The notes under the pieces are model-generated. The model saw nothing but the letters and a program-made list of their open reading frames with translations, did no database searches and was not told where the DNA came from. 38,086 nt of DNA from Clostridia bacterium. GTDB lineage: Bacteria > UBA6262 > WVXT01. This document shows, piece after piece, positions 18,745 to 27,005 of this stretch. Numbering within the stretch: the first letter of the stretch is position 1; every line of letters starts with the position of its first letter. Location of the stretch: assembly GCA_030671905.1 (NCBI GenBank), contig DAOVHK010000001.1, positions 1 to 38,086 on the forward strand, written 5' to 3'. The position numbers were made by a program, and so were the translations under genes.

Positions 18745-20064
18745 ATGGATAAACAGAAGAAAAAAAATATCATAATTATTGGAGGAGGAAGAAGAGGGAT
18801 AGCAATTATCGAAGCATTACATGAAGATGAGGAATTGCGAATTGCGGGTATTGCTGATCGGAATCAAAATTCTAGTGGAATGGAATTGGCCAAGAAGCTA
18901 GGGATTCCTACGGCGAGAGATTTTCGCGATTTGCTTAAAGAGAAGAAAATAGATGCTATCCTAAACCTGAGTGATGACCCACAAATAAACGAACAACTCC
19001 AGAAGATAGGTCAATCTTCAAATATCGAAGTTATGAAGGGTCCTGTAACAAGTCTTCTCTGGGACCACCTTAGAGAAAAAAAGGCCTTAGCTGAATTTGA
19101 ACGGCTCAGTCAAATGACAGACCCTTCTATAGGATTGGAAGAGTTATACATTTTAATTATGAATTCCTGTATTAAAGGGACCAAGGCGGATGCAGGCTCC
19201 CTTTTCATTTTTGATGAGAAATGCAAAGAATTGTCGCTAAAGACAGCCTGGGGTTTGGATGAAAAGATAATTGAACTAATTAAGAAAAAGGAAAAAGAGA
19301 AACTCCAGTTATGGAAAAAGCAAAAATTGCCTCAGCCCATAATCAACAGGGAAGAAGATGAGTCCCTCTCGGAAAATTTTAAGGGGGTTCCGGAGATAGA
19401 AACGGGAATGTGTATTCCATTGATTGGAAGAGAAGAGAAGTTGATTGGGCTTATAACCTTACATAGCAAGAAAAAGAACCACCATTTTTTGGACGAGGAG
19501 AAAAGATTGTTTTCTACTTTTGCCAACTATTCAGCGCAAGCTATTGAAAATACTATGCTGTATAAGTCTACAGAACATCTCTCCATAACCGATGGTTTAA
19601 CAAGCTTATATAACCATAGACACTTCCATGAGCAATTGGAAGTGGAGGTAAAACGCGCCCAGAGATACGACCTGAATCTCTCATTAATTATGATTGATCT
19701 CGACCGTTTTAAGAAATTTAACGATAGTTATGGACATTTACAGGGAGATACCTTACTGAGAAAAATAGCGCAAATTCTAAAGAATTCTCTAAGAGAAACA
19801 GACTTCGTAGCCAGATATGGTGGCGAAGAATTTGTAGTGATTCTTCCGGAAACTAACAAAGAAGGAGCCTCTGTTGCAGCAGAAAGGGTAAGAAAAACAA
19901 TAAACGAGCAGACTTTTGGAGAAGTTGGGGCAAAAATGACTGTAAGTCTGGGAGTGGCATCCTATCCTGACGATGCCTGTCTGAGGACTGATTTAATCAA
20001 GAAGGCAGATGAGGCTCTTTATCGAGCTAAAAGGGAGGGTCGCAACCGCACCTGTTCGGCCTGA
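18745..20064 (+). CDS. diguanylate cyclase: Rossmann-like N-domain, GAF and GGDEF
   Basis: RYGGEEF active site (GGEEF at 19819-19833) with an RETD I-site five residues upstream. Central GAF-like region (GSLFIFDEKCKELSLKTAWG ... LIGLITLHSKKK). N-terminal IIIIGGGRRGIAIIEAL dinucleotide-binding-like motif. Confidence 0.9.
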   Translation: MDKQKKKNIIIIGGGRRGIAIIEALHEDEELRIAGIADRNQNSSGMELAKKLGIPTARDFRDLLKEKKIDAILNLSDDPQINEQLQKIGQSSNIEVMKGPVTSLLWDHLREKKALAEFERLSQMTDPSIGLEELYILIMNSCIKGTKADAGSLFIFDEKCKELSLKTAWGLDEKIIELIKKKEKEKLQLWKKQKLPQPIINREEDESLSENFKGVPEIETGMCIPLIGREEKLIGLITLHSKKKNHHFLDEEKRLFSTFANYSAQAIENTMLYKSTEHLSITDGLTSLYNHRHFHEQLEVEVKRAQRYDLNLSLIMIDLDRFKKFNDSYGHLQGDTLLRKIAQILKNSLRETDFVARYGGEEFVVILPETNKEGASVAAERVRKTINEQTFGEVGAKMTVSLGVASYPDDACLRTDLIKKADEALYRAKREGRNRTCSA

Positions 20065-20089
20065 TTCTGTAAAATAGCCGAGTTAGGAG

Positions 20090-20108
20090 AGTCCCGATGA
20101 AATCGGGA
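20090..20108 (+). promoter_or_regulatory. stem-loop in the rpsO 5' region (candidate S15 operator or mRNA 5' hairpin)
   Basis: GTCCCGAT-GAA-ATCGGGAC forms 8 bp with no U tract. It ends 17 nt before GTG 20126, just upstream of the SD AAGGAGGGG. Confidence 0.4.
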
Positions 20109-20125
20109 CGAATAAGGAGGGGAAA

Positions 20126-20395
20126 GTGACGTTAACAGATGATAAAAAGAAAGATATCGTAAAGAAATTTCGCATCCACGAAAAAGACACTGGCTCTGCA
20201 GTAGTTCAAATTGCTTTAATGACCGAGAGAATTAATGATCTGACAGACCACTTCAAAGCTCACAGTAAAGACCACCATTCTCGGCAGGGTCTTTTAAAAC
20301 TCGTGGGGCAGAGAAGGAAACTATTAAACTACGTGAAGGTTCATGATTTGAAGAAATATCGAGAGGTTATCAGTAAATTGAAATTGAGAAAATAA
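20126..20395 (+). CDS. rpsO: 30S ribosomal protein S15
   Basis: 89 aa. [51 protein letters not shown] start. Confidence 0.96.
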   Translation: MTLTDDKKKDIVKKFRIHEKDTGSAVVQIALMTERINDLTDHFKAHSKDHHSRQGLLKLVGQRRKLLNYVKVHDLKKYREVISKLKLRK

Positions 20396-20418
20396 GTTTT
20401 CTCAAGAGAGGATTAACT

Positions 20419-22611
20419 ATGGCTGGAAAAGTAGAAGCAGAAATTGCAGAACGATTATTAACTATTGAGACGGGAGACCTGGCAAAGCAGGCTGCTGGTT
20501 CGGCACTGGTTAAATATGGAGAAACTGTTATTTTAGCCACTGCCACAGTAGCGCCTGAACCAAAAGAAGGACAGAGCTTCTTTCCGTTCATGGTAGATTA
20601 TAGAGAAAGAACTTATGCTGCTGGTAAGATTCCCGGAGGATTCTTCAAGAGAGAAGGAAGGCCGCGCGAGAACGAGGTGGTAACTTCCCGATTAGTGGAT
20701 AGACCTTTAAGGCCTCTTTTTGATAAAAACTTTCTGAACGAAATTCAAGTAATGATTACCGTTTTATCTTCCGACCAGGAAAACGATGCCGATGTTCCCT
20801 CAGTCATTGGTGCTAGTTGTGCAGTAAGTCTTTCGGGGGTACCTTTTGCTGGGCCTATTGGTGCAGTAAAGGTGGGAAGGGTTGGGGAAAAGTTCATCAT
20901 TAATCCCACCTTCGCTCAACTGGAGGAGAGCAGTCTCAATTTGGTTGTTGCCGGCACCAGAAACACAGTAACCATGATGGAAGGATGGGGAAAGGAAGTA
21001 CCAGAAGAAGTTTTGCAGGAAGCGGTCAAACTGGCTCATAAAGTTATAATAGAAACAATAGACTTACAGGAAAAGTTAATAAAGCAATTTGGAAAGCCCA
21101 AAATTGAATTTCCTGGAAAAGAGGAGCAGCCCATAAATGAGGAACTGAAGAAGGAGTTCTATAGCCTTCTCCCATATGCCCAGAAGAAGGCAATTCCTGC
21201 AAATTTAGAACTGACAGTTCGGATTATTAAGTTCTGCCAGGGAAAGGTAGAAGAAACACTGAGAATTAGCGACAAACTTGAAAGAGAGAAGAGAATCAGT
21301 GAAATCGTCTCTGAGACTATTGATAATTTTTCCAAAGATTATCCTGAACAAGAGAAAACCATCGGAGATACCATTGACCGGGTTCAGCGCAATTATTTAA
21401 GACGATTAGTCCTGGAAGAGAATAAACGAATAGATGGACGGAAAACAGATGAAGTTCGTCCAATTACCTGTGCCGTAGGCGTCTTGCCACGAACCCATGG
21501 CTCTGGCTTATTCACCCGTGGACAAACGCAAGCTTTGGTAACCACTACACTGGGCACATCCCGGGATATGCAAATTATGGACGAATTGGAAAGAGAATAT
21601 AAGAAGAGATTTATGCTCCACTACAATTTTCCACCTTTCAGCACCGGAGAGGTAAAGCCCCCCCGGGGTCCCGGACGACGGGAAATTGGACATGGGGTGC
21701 TGGCTGAGATGGCATTATCTCCGGTGTTACCTTCTGAGGAAGAGTTCCCTTACACTATAAGAATCGTCGCTGATATTTTAGAATCTAATGGTTCTTCTTC
21801 TATGGCTTCTGTTTGTGGTGGAACACTCTCTTTAATGGATGCGGGAGTGCCCATTACTACGCCTGTAGCTGGAATAGCAATGGGTCTGGTTAAAGAAGGG
21901 GAGCGAGCCGTTCTGTTAACTGATATACTTGGTATGGAAGATTTTCTTGGCGATATGGATTTTAAAGTTGCCGGTTCCAAAAAAGGGGTCACCGCAGTGC
22001 AGTTAGATATTAAGACTGACGAGATTACACCAGAAATTATGGCTAAAGCTTTGGAGCAATCGAGGAAAGCTCGGCTGTTTATTCTGGAGAAGATGCAGGA
22101 AAAAATAGAAGCTCCTCGTAAAGAACTCTCACCATTAGCACCTAAGATTTTGATAGTAGAAATCAAGCCAGACAAAATCAGAGAAGTAATCGGTCCGGGA
22201 GGTAAAATCGTTAACAAGATTCAAAATGAGACAGGAACTAAATTGGATATAGGACAGGACGGCGTGATCACCATTGCCGCAGATACTCGAGAAGCTGCCA
22301 ATGCGGCCAAGGAAATGGTGGAATACTTTACTGCTGACGTTGAAGTGGGGAAAATATACAAAGGTAAAGTAATGCGCATCAAGGACTTCGGCGCCTTTGT
22401 TGAAGTTTTACCGGGAAAAGAAGGACTGGTGCATATTTCTCAGTTAGATGATAGGCGCGTCAACAAGGTAAGTGATGTTGTAAAGGAAGGGCAAGAAATT
22501 TTAGTAAAATGTATAGAAATTGACCAAGAGGGCAGGGTCAATCTCAGTCGTAAGGCTGTATTAAAAGAGAAGGAGTTTTCTGGAGGGAAACAGGAGAAAG
22601 ATATTAAATGA
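20419..22611 (+). CDS. pnp: polyribonucleotide nucleotidyltransferase (PNPase)
   Basis: 730 aa with two RNase PH-like domains, a KH domain (IREVIGPGGKIVNKI) and an S1 domain (GKVMRIKDFGAFVEV). Conserved position after rpsO. Confidence 0.97.
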   Translation: MAGKVEAEIAERLLTIETGDLAKQAAGSALVKYGETVILATATVAPEPKEGQSFFPFMVDYRERTYAAGKIPGGFFKREGRPRENEVVTSRLVDRPLRPLFDKNFLNEIQVMITVLSSDQENDADVPSVIGASCAVSLSGVPFAGPIGAVKVGRVGEKFIINPTFAQLEESSLNLVVAGTRNTVTMMEGWGKEVPEEVLQEAVKLAHKVIIETIDLQEKLIKQFGKPKIEFPGKEEQPINEELKKEFYSLLPYAQKKAIPANLELTVRIIKFCQGKVEETLRISDKLEREKRISEIVSETIDNFSKDYPEQEKTIGDTIDRVQRNYLRRLVLEENKRIDGRKTDEVRPITCAVGVLPRTHGSGLFTRGQTQALVTTTLGTSRDMQIMDELEREYKKRFMLHYNFPPFSTGEVKPPRGPGRREIGHGVLAEMALSPVLPSEEEFPYTIRIVADILESNGSSSMASVCGGTLSLMDAGVPITTPVAGIAMGLVKEGERAVLLTDILGMEDFLGDMDFKVAGSKKGVTAVQLDIKTDEITPEIMAKALEQSRKARLFILEKMQEKIEAPRKELSPLAPKILIVEIKPDKIREVIGPGGKIVNKIQNETGTKLDIGQDGVITIAADTREAANAAKEMVEYFTADVEVGKIYKGKVMRIKDFGAFVEVLPGKEGLVHISQLDDRRVNKVSDVVKEGQEILVKCIEIDQEGRVNLSRKAVLKEKEFSGGKQEKDIK

Positions 22612-23096
22612 GGAAAATCAAAGTGAAGAAAAAAGGCAACGGTTCCAGTGATCTTTCTCAGCTTTTCCGAATTTATAATTTTATGGTTCACCAGGATCTC
22701 AGTGAACTGAATTGGGAAGAGAAAGAATTTAAAATTATGATAAGACGCGAATATGGCTCTGGTATCTCCTTCAGGCGCTACGGAAAGGAATCGAGAAGTA
22801 AGATATTGGAAAAAGAAGCTTCGGCGCCTGCCGAGCAAATTGAACAGAATACAATTAGTATAAAATCGCCAATTGTAGGTATCTTTTATTCTTCTCCTGC
22901 ACCGCAAGCCCCGCCTTTTGTCGAAGAAGGTGATATAGTTTCGGTGGGTGAGACGGTGTGCATCGTTGAGGCAATGAAGCTGATGAACGAAATTCAGACA
23001 GAGACAAAATGCAAAATACTAAAAGTATTAGTTTCCGATAATCAAAACATTCAAGTGAATGAGCCATTGTTTCTGGTATTGCCTATAATGGAGTAA
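22608..23096 (+). CDS. accB: biotin carboxyl carrier protein-like (biotinyl domain) protein
   Basis: SPIVGIFYSSPAP and CIVEAMKLMNEI (biotinyl-Lys motif AMKLM). ATGA overlap with the pnp stop. No accC is adjacent. Confidence 0.8.
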   Translation: MRKIKVKKKGNGSSDLSQLFRIYNFMVHQDLSELNWEEKEFKIMIRREYGSGISFRRYGKESRSKILEKEASAPAEQIEQNTISIKSPIVGIFYSSPAPQAPPFVEEGDIVSVGETVCIVEAMKLMNEIQTETKCKILKVLVSDNQNIQVNEPLFLVLPIME

Positions 23097-23102
23097 ATTC
23101 AG

Positions 23103-23300
23103 ATGAGCAAACAGATTGGGCTCCTTGCTGGAAAAATCTGGAATTTTTTGAATGCCAAAGGTGAAGTTCCGGTTCTGGTGTTGAAGACCAGGCTGGGAGT
23201 ACCTAACAGCTTACTCTACTTAGCATTGGGGTGGTTAATACGAGAGGAGAAGATATACATCAAAAAGGAAACGAAAGATTACCGGGTAGGGCTGCACTGA
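23103..23300 (+). CDS. small winged-helix protein (DUF2582-like)
   Basis: 65 aa. LLAGKIWNFLNAKGEVPVLVLKTRLGVPNSLLYLALGWLIREEKI resembles the small wHTH family. This family assignment is from memory only. Confidence 0.55.
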   Translation: MSKQIGLLAGKIWNFLNAKGEVPVLVLKTRLGVPNSLLYLALGWLIREEKIYIKKETKDYRVGLH

Positions 23301-23367
23301 TGTTCACTATTCTCCTCTATACGCTTTTCCTCAATCGTCCCCATTTTCTGTATTTCCGCCTGGAAGG

Positions 23368-24168
23368 ATGAAAATGAGTCTGACGAGGGCTGTTATACTC
23401 GGGTTAGTTCAGGGTATAACAGAATTTTTGCCTATCTCCAGTAGTGCGCATCTAACATATTTCCAGAAGTATCTAGGGATAGATAAACCGCAACTTTCCT
23501 TTACTGTATTCTTACACTTCGCCACGCTGTTAGCAATCCTTCTCTTCTTTAGAAAAGATTTATGGGAAATATTAAAAGGTTTCCGAAACATAAAGGGGCC
23601 AAAGACCAATCCTTCCACACGAATTCTTTTTCTTCTGGTTATCGGTTCATTGCCTATAGCTATTTTGGGAATACTTCTTAAAGATAAAATAGAACTTATT
23701 TTTTCCAATATTGAATTAGTGAGCTTGTTTCTTATCTTAACCGGAATACTTCTCTACTTTGGTAACCGGATAAGAAACGTTCATAAGGGTGTCCTGGAGA
23801 CAGGAATAGTCGATGCATTGATAATTGGCCTAGCTCAGGCTTTTGCAATTCTGCCGGGTATCTCACGTTCAGGGGTCACTATCATTTTTGCGCTATTTTG
23901 TGGTCTACAACGGAAATGGGCAGTAAAGTACTCCTTTTTCCTTGCTGTGCCGGCAATTTTGGGAGCTACCCTCATTGAACTCCCCAGCGTTTTACCCATG
24001 CTTAACTTCTCCACACTGACTTTCTATATAGCTGGAGCAGTTGCAGCTCTTTTTTCTGGATATTGGTCACTCAGAGTAGTGTTGAGGTTTGTACAAAAAA
24101 GCAGACTTCACTATTTTGCTTATTATTGCGTAACGTTAGGACTTATTGTTCTGTTCCTTCACATTTAG
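23368..24168 (+). CDS. uppP: undecaprenyl-diphosphate phosphatase
   Basis: GLVQGITEFLPISSSAHL and PGISRSG motifs in a polytopic membrane protein. ATG 23374 is an alternative start. Confidence 0.93.
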   Translation: MKMSLTRAVILGLVQGITEFLPISSSAHLTYFQKYLGIDKPQLSFTVFLHFATLLAILLFFRKDLWEILKGFRNIKGPKTNPSTRILFLLVIGSLPIAILGILLKDKIELIFSNIELVSLFLILTGILLYFGNRIRNVHKGVLETGIVDALIIGLAQAFAILPGISRSGVTIIFALFCGLQRKWAVKYSFFLAVPAILGATLIELPSVLPMLNFSTLTFYIAGAVAALFSGYWSLRVVLRFVQKSRLHYFAYYCVTLGLIVLFLHI

Positions 24169-24175
24169 AAAAATC

Positions 24176-24204
24176 TTGACTTTGTGAACAAAAAGAAGTA
24201 AACT
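24176..24204 (+). promoter_or_regulatory. candidate sigma70 promoter of ftsK
   Basis: TTGACT (24176-24181), a 17-nt spacer, then TAAACT (24199-24204). SD AAGGGG lies 7 nt before GTG 24230. Confidence 0.45.
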
Positions 24205-24229
24205 TTCTTCGAGGACAAGGGGTCATAAA

Positions 24230-26290
24230 GTGAAAATAACGAGCAAGACAAAAGAGGAAAAGAACGAAATCGCCGGCATTGCACTCCTTACACTCTCCTT
24301 GCTTATATTGTTGAGTCTGGTCTCCTATCAGCTGGGGCGTTATGTTATGGGCACTTTGGGAAGATATTTGGCTCATTCACTGATAAATGCCTTCGGAGGG
24401 GGAGCATATTTCCTTCCTTGCTCTATTGGCTACTGGGGATGGAAGACTTTTCGAAAGGGAAAGAAAATAAAAGGTATCTGGGTTAAAGTCTCTGGGCTGG
24501 GGTTTTCGCTATTGGCTTTTTGCAGTTTTTTGAACCTCCTGGGAAAGCAGACGAGATTGGGGGGAACAGTAGGTGACTTCGTTTCTGACTCCCTCCTGGT
24601 TCCTGCTTTTGGAGATACTGGTGCTTATCTTATTATATTAACTGTATTTCTCATTTCTATACAATTAGTGACTGAAACATCTATTATTCAACTTCTGCAG
24701 ACCTTAAGAAAGAAGGTTCAGGTAGTTCGAGCTAGATCTCCGGGAAAAAAGCGCCTGATCTCCACCCAAGAGGTAAAACCTGATTCCTATAGGAAAGTCT
24801 CTTCTCAGGTGAAAGTCGAGTCCGTTTCCCCAGTTCCCCCCCTAGGCGCACGTACTTTCGAATTTCCTCCCATAGAGCTCCTTAATGACCCACCGCGAAC
24901 AGATCTTAACCAGAGGGAGGAAGAATTGAAAAACAACGCCGAGGTTTTGGAAAAGACACTCAAGAATTTTAGCATCTCGGCAAAGGTATCCCAGATTCAT
25001 CCAGGACCTGTAATTACGCGTTATGAACTGGAACTGGCTCCAGGAATAAAAGTTAGTAGTGTGAAGAATTTATCTAACGATCTCGCTTTGACGTTACGGA
25101 CACAGAGCATAAGAATATTGGCTCCCATTCCAGGAAAGGCTGCTGTTGGCATAGAAATCCCCAATCAGAGTATGGCATTGGTATATCTAAAAGAACTTCT
25201 CCAATCTCCCGAGTTCAAGAAAAGTGCCTCTCGCCTTTCCCTTGCTTTAGGTAAAACGGTAGCTGGAAAGACATACATTGCTGATTTGAACCAGATGCCC
25301 CATCTCCTGATTGCCGGGGCTACGGGTTCAGGTAAGACGGTATCTATCAATACAATAATCCTGTCCATTCTGTACAAAGCCAGGCCTGATGAGGTTAAAT
25401 TTCTCTTAATTGACCCAAAAATGGTAGAACTGCCGATTTATAATGGCATTCCCTATTTGAAAAGTCCTGTGGTTACAAACGTAAGGCACGCTGTGGCAGC
25501 ATTGAAATGGATTGTTGGCGAAATGGAAAATCGTTATCGAAAGTTCGCTGCTACCGGGACTCGTGATATATTTGAGTACAACCAAAAGTTTAAAGAAGAA
25601 GGAAAAAAAATTCATTTTATAGTTGTTATTATCGATGAACTTGCTGACCTGATGGCTACAGCTCCCACTCAAGTTGAGCAGGTGATAATCCGCTTAGCCC
25701 AAATGTCCAGAGCAGTAGGAATCCATCTTGTGCTGGCCACACAACGGCCTTCTGTAAATGTAATCACGGGCATTATTAAGGCAAATCTTCCGGCGCGCCT
25801 CGCCTTTGAGGTGATTTCTAAGGTAGATTCCCGGACAATTTTGGATATGAACGGAGCGGAAAACCTCTTGGGACGCGGGGATATGCTCTTTCTCGCTCCA
25901 GGAGAGGCAAAACCAATACGCCTGCAAGGAGCATTCATAAGTGGAGAGGAGATAAACAGGGTTGTAACCTTTATTAAACAACAGGGACAGGCGACCTATT
26001 CTCAAGACTTATTCCATTTGACAAAGATCTCAGAAGAGAAAGAAGAAGAGAACCAGGAAATCAGGAAATTATTCAAGCAGGCTCTGAGATTGACCCTGGA
26101 AAGGAGAAAGGCATCCACTTCCCTATTCAAGGGAGCATTACATATTAGCGACGGAAAAGCAACAAATCTTATAAGCTTAATGGAGACCAAAGGGTTCGTT
26201 GGTCCTCAGCAGGGTTCTAAACCTCGCCAGATATTTTTAGATAAAATTGAACAGTTCTGGCAAAAGATAGAGAAGGATGAAGATAACTAA
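24230..26290 (+). CDS. ftsK: DNA translocase FtsK
   Basis: N-terminal TM helices, a linker, and a motor domain with Walker A GATGSGKTV and Walker B VVIIDELADLM. C-terminal gamma winged-helix domain. GTG start. Confidence 0.93.
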   Translation: MKITSKTKEEKNEIAGIALLTLSLLILLSLVSYQLGRYVMGTLGRYLAHSLINAFGGGAYFLPCSIGYWGWKTFRKGKKIKGIWVKVSGLGFSLLAFCSFLNLLGKQTRLGGTVGDFVSDSLLVPAFGDTGAYLIILTVFLISIQLVTETSIIQLLQTLRKKVQVVRARSPGKKRLISTQEVKPDSYRKVSSQVKVESVSPVPPLGARTFEFPPIELLNDPPRTDLNQREEELKNNAEVLEKTLKNFSISAKVSQIHPGPVITRYELELAPGIKVSSVKNLSNDLALTLRTQSIRILAPIPGKAAVGIEIPNQSMALVYLKELLQSPEFKKSASRLSLALGKTVAGKTYIADLNQMPHLLIAGATGSGKTVSINTIILSILYKARPDEVKFLLIDPKMVELPIYNGIPYLKSPVVTNVRHAVAALKWIVGEMENRYRKFAATGTRDIFEYNQKFKEEGKKIHFIVVIIDELADLMATAPTQVEQVIIRLAQMSRAVGIHLVLATQRPSVNVITGIIKANLPARLAFEVISKVDSRTILDMNGAENLLGRGDMLFLAPGEAKPIRLQGAFISGEEINRVVTFIKQQGQATYSQDLFHLTKISEEKEEENQEIRKLFKQALRLTLERRKASTSLFKGALHISDGKATNLISLMETKGFVGPQQGSKPRQIFLDKIEQFWQKIEKDEDN

Positions 26291-26927
26291 AATAGGTCTG
26301 GTTTTTCTCTCTTTGACTTTTCTGATTTCTAGTGAGGGCTTTTCTCAAAAGGAGACAATTTCCTATATTCTGAAAAAATTGGAGAGGGAAAGGAAGAAGA
26401 TAGAAACGGGGAGTTTCGACTTCAGACAAAAAATACTGATAAGAGCTACTCTGGAAGAAAAACTAATTACAGGTTCAATAAAATTTAAAGTTCCCGATAA
26501 ACTATATGCTGAGTACATTCAACCTTATTCACAAATCATTGTATGTAATGGCAAAAAAGTCTGGTTCTATTTGCCTGACTATAATCAGGTTTCCATCCAG
26601 TCTATTGGTAGATTGGAAGAGTTAATGGGAGTTAATTTAGGTCTCTTCTTTTGGGCAAGTAGGATTGGAGAGTTGGAGAATTATAGAAAAGAGGTAGTAG
26701 AAGAAGGTGAAAACTATAAGATTAAATTGGTTCCAGAAACTGGGAATGGAGTAGAGATAATTCTGACAATTTCTAAACAAGATTGGTTGCCAGTGGAAAC
26801 AGAAGTTAGCGATAGTTATACAGTGGTTTCCACTCGTCTGGAAAACATCATAAAGAATCCTGAAGTAAATAATGAAATTTTTGAGTTTAAAATACCTTTA
26901 GAAGCACAAGTATTCGAATCCCCATAG
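26277..26927 (+). CDS. LolA-like outer-membrane lipoprotein carrier / sorting protein
   Basis: Signal peptide MKITKIGLVFLSLTFLISSEG and LolA-like strands (GSFDFRQ, KFKVPDKLYAEY, CNGKKVWFYLPDYNQV). It follows ftsK, as lolA does in E. coli. Confidence 0.72.
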   Translation: MKITKIGLVFLSLTFLISSEGFSQKETISYILKKLERERKKIETGSFDFRQKILIRATLEEKLITGSIKFKVPDKLYAEYIQPYSQIIVCNGKKVWFYLPDYNQVSIQSIGRLEELMGVNLGLFFWASRIGELENYRKEVVEEGENYKIKLVPETGNGVEIILTISKQDWLPVETEVSDSYTVVSTRLENIIKNPEVNNEIFEFKIPLEAQVFESP

Positions 26928-26967
26928 GCAAGGTTTCGTGAGAAAGAAACTTCGGGCCATTTTTTTC
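26927..26967 (+). terminator. candidate intrinsic terminator after the lolA-like gene
   Basis: Imperfect stem GGCAAGGTTTC / GAAACTTCGGGCC with loop GTGAGAAA, followed by A and then TTTTTTT (26960-26966). Confidence 0.45.
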
Positions 26968-26969
26968 TA

Positions 26970-26986
26970 TCCCGGTGAATCGGGAC
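26970..26986 (+). promoter_or_regulatory. second copy of the TCCCG-RTGAA-TCGGGAC hairpin, upstream of rodZ
   Basis: TCCCGGTGAATCGGGAC is near-identical to 20091-20108 (TCCCGATGAAATCGGGAC). It ends 19 nt before ATG 27006. Confidence 0.35.
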
Positions 26987-27005
26987 AAAACTGGTAGGAA
27001 CAGAA

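Noticed and set aside
21750-22907. Long minus-strand ORFs (21750-22217 and 22440-22907). Similar ones occur at 1142-1534, 5101-5502, 27422-27868, 34757-35074 and 37099-37473.
   Set aside because: Each lies fully antisense to a + strand gene with unmistakable conserved motifs (pnp, rpsB, cdsA, rodZ, Bat genes). Their translations are low-complexity or Ser/Leu/Phe-rich with no recognisable motifs or SD, so they are typical shadow ORFs.
26913-26921. TTCGAATCC, which resembles a tRNA T-loop, near the end of the lolA-like gene.
   Set aside because: The flanking bases do not form a T stem, and no acceptor, D or anticodon arms can be drawn. It lies inside a CDS. I found no tRNA or rRNA anywhere in the window.
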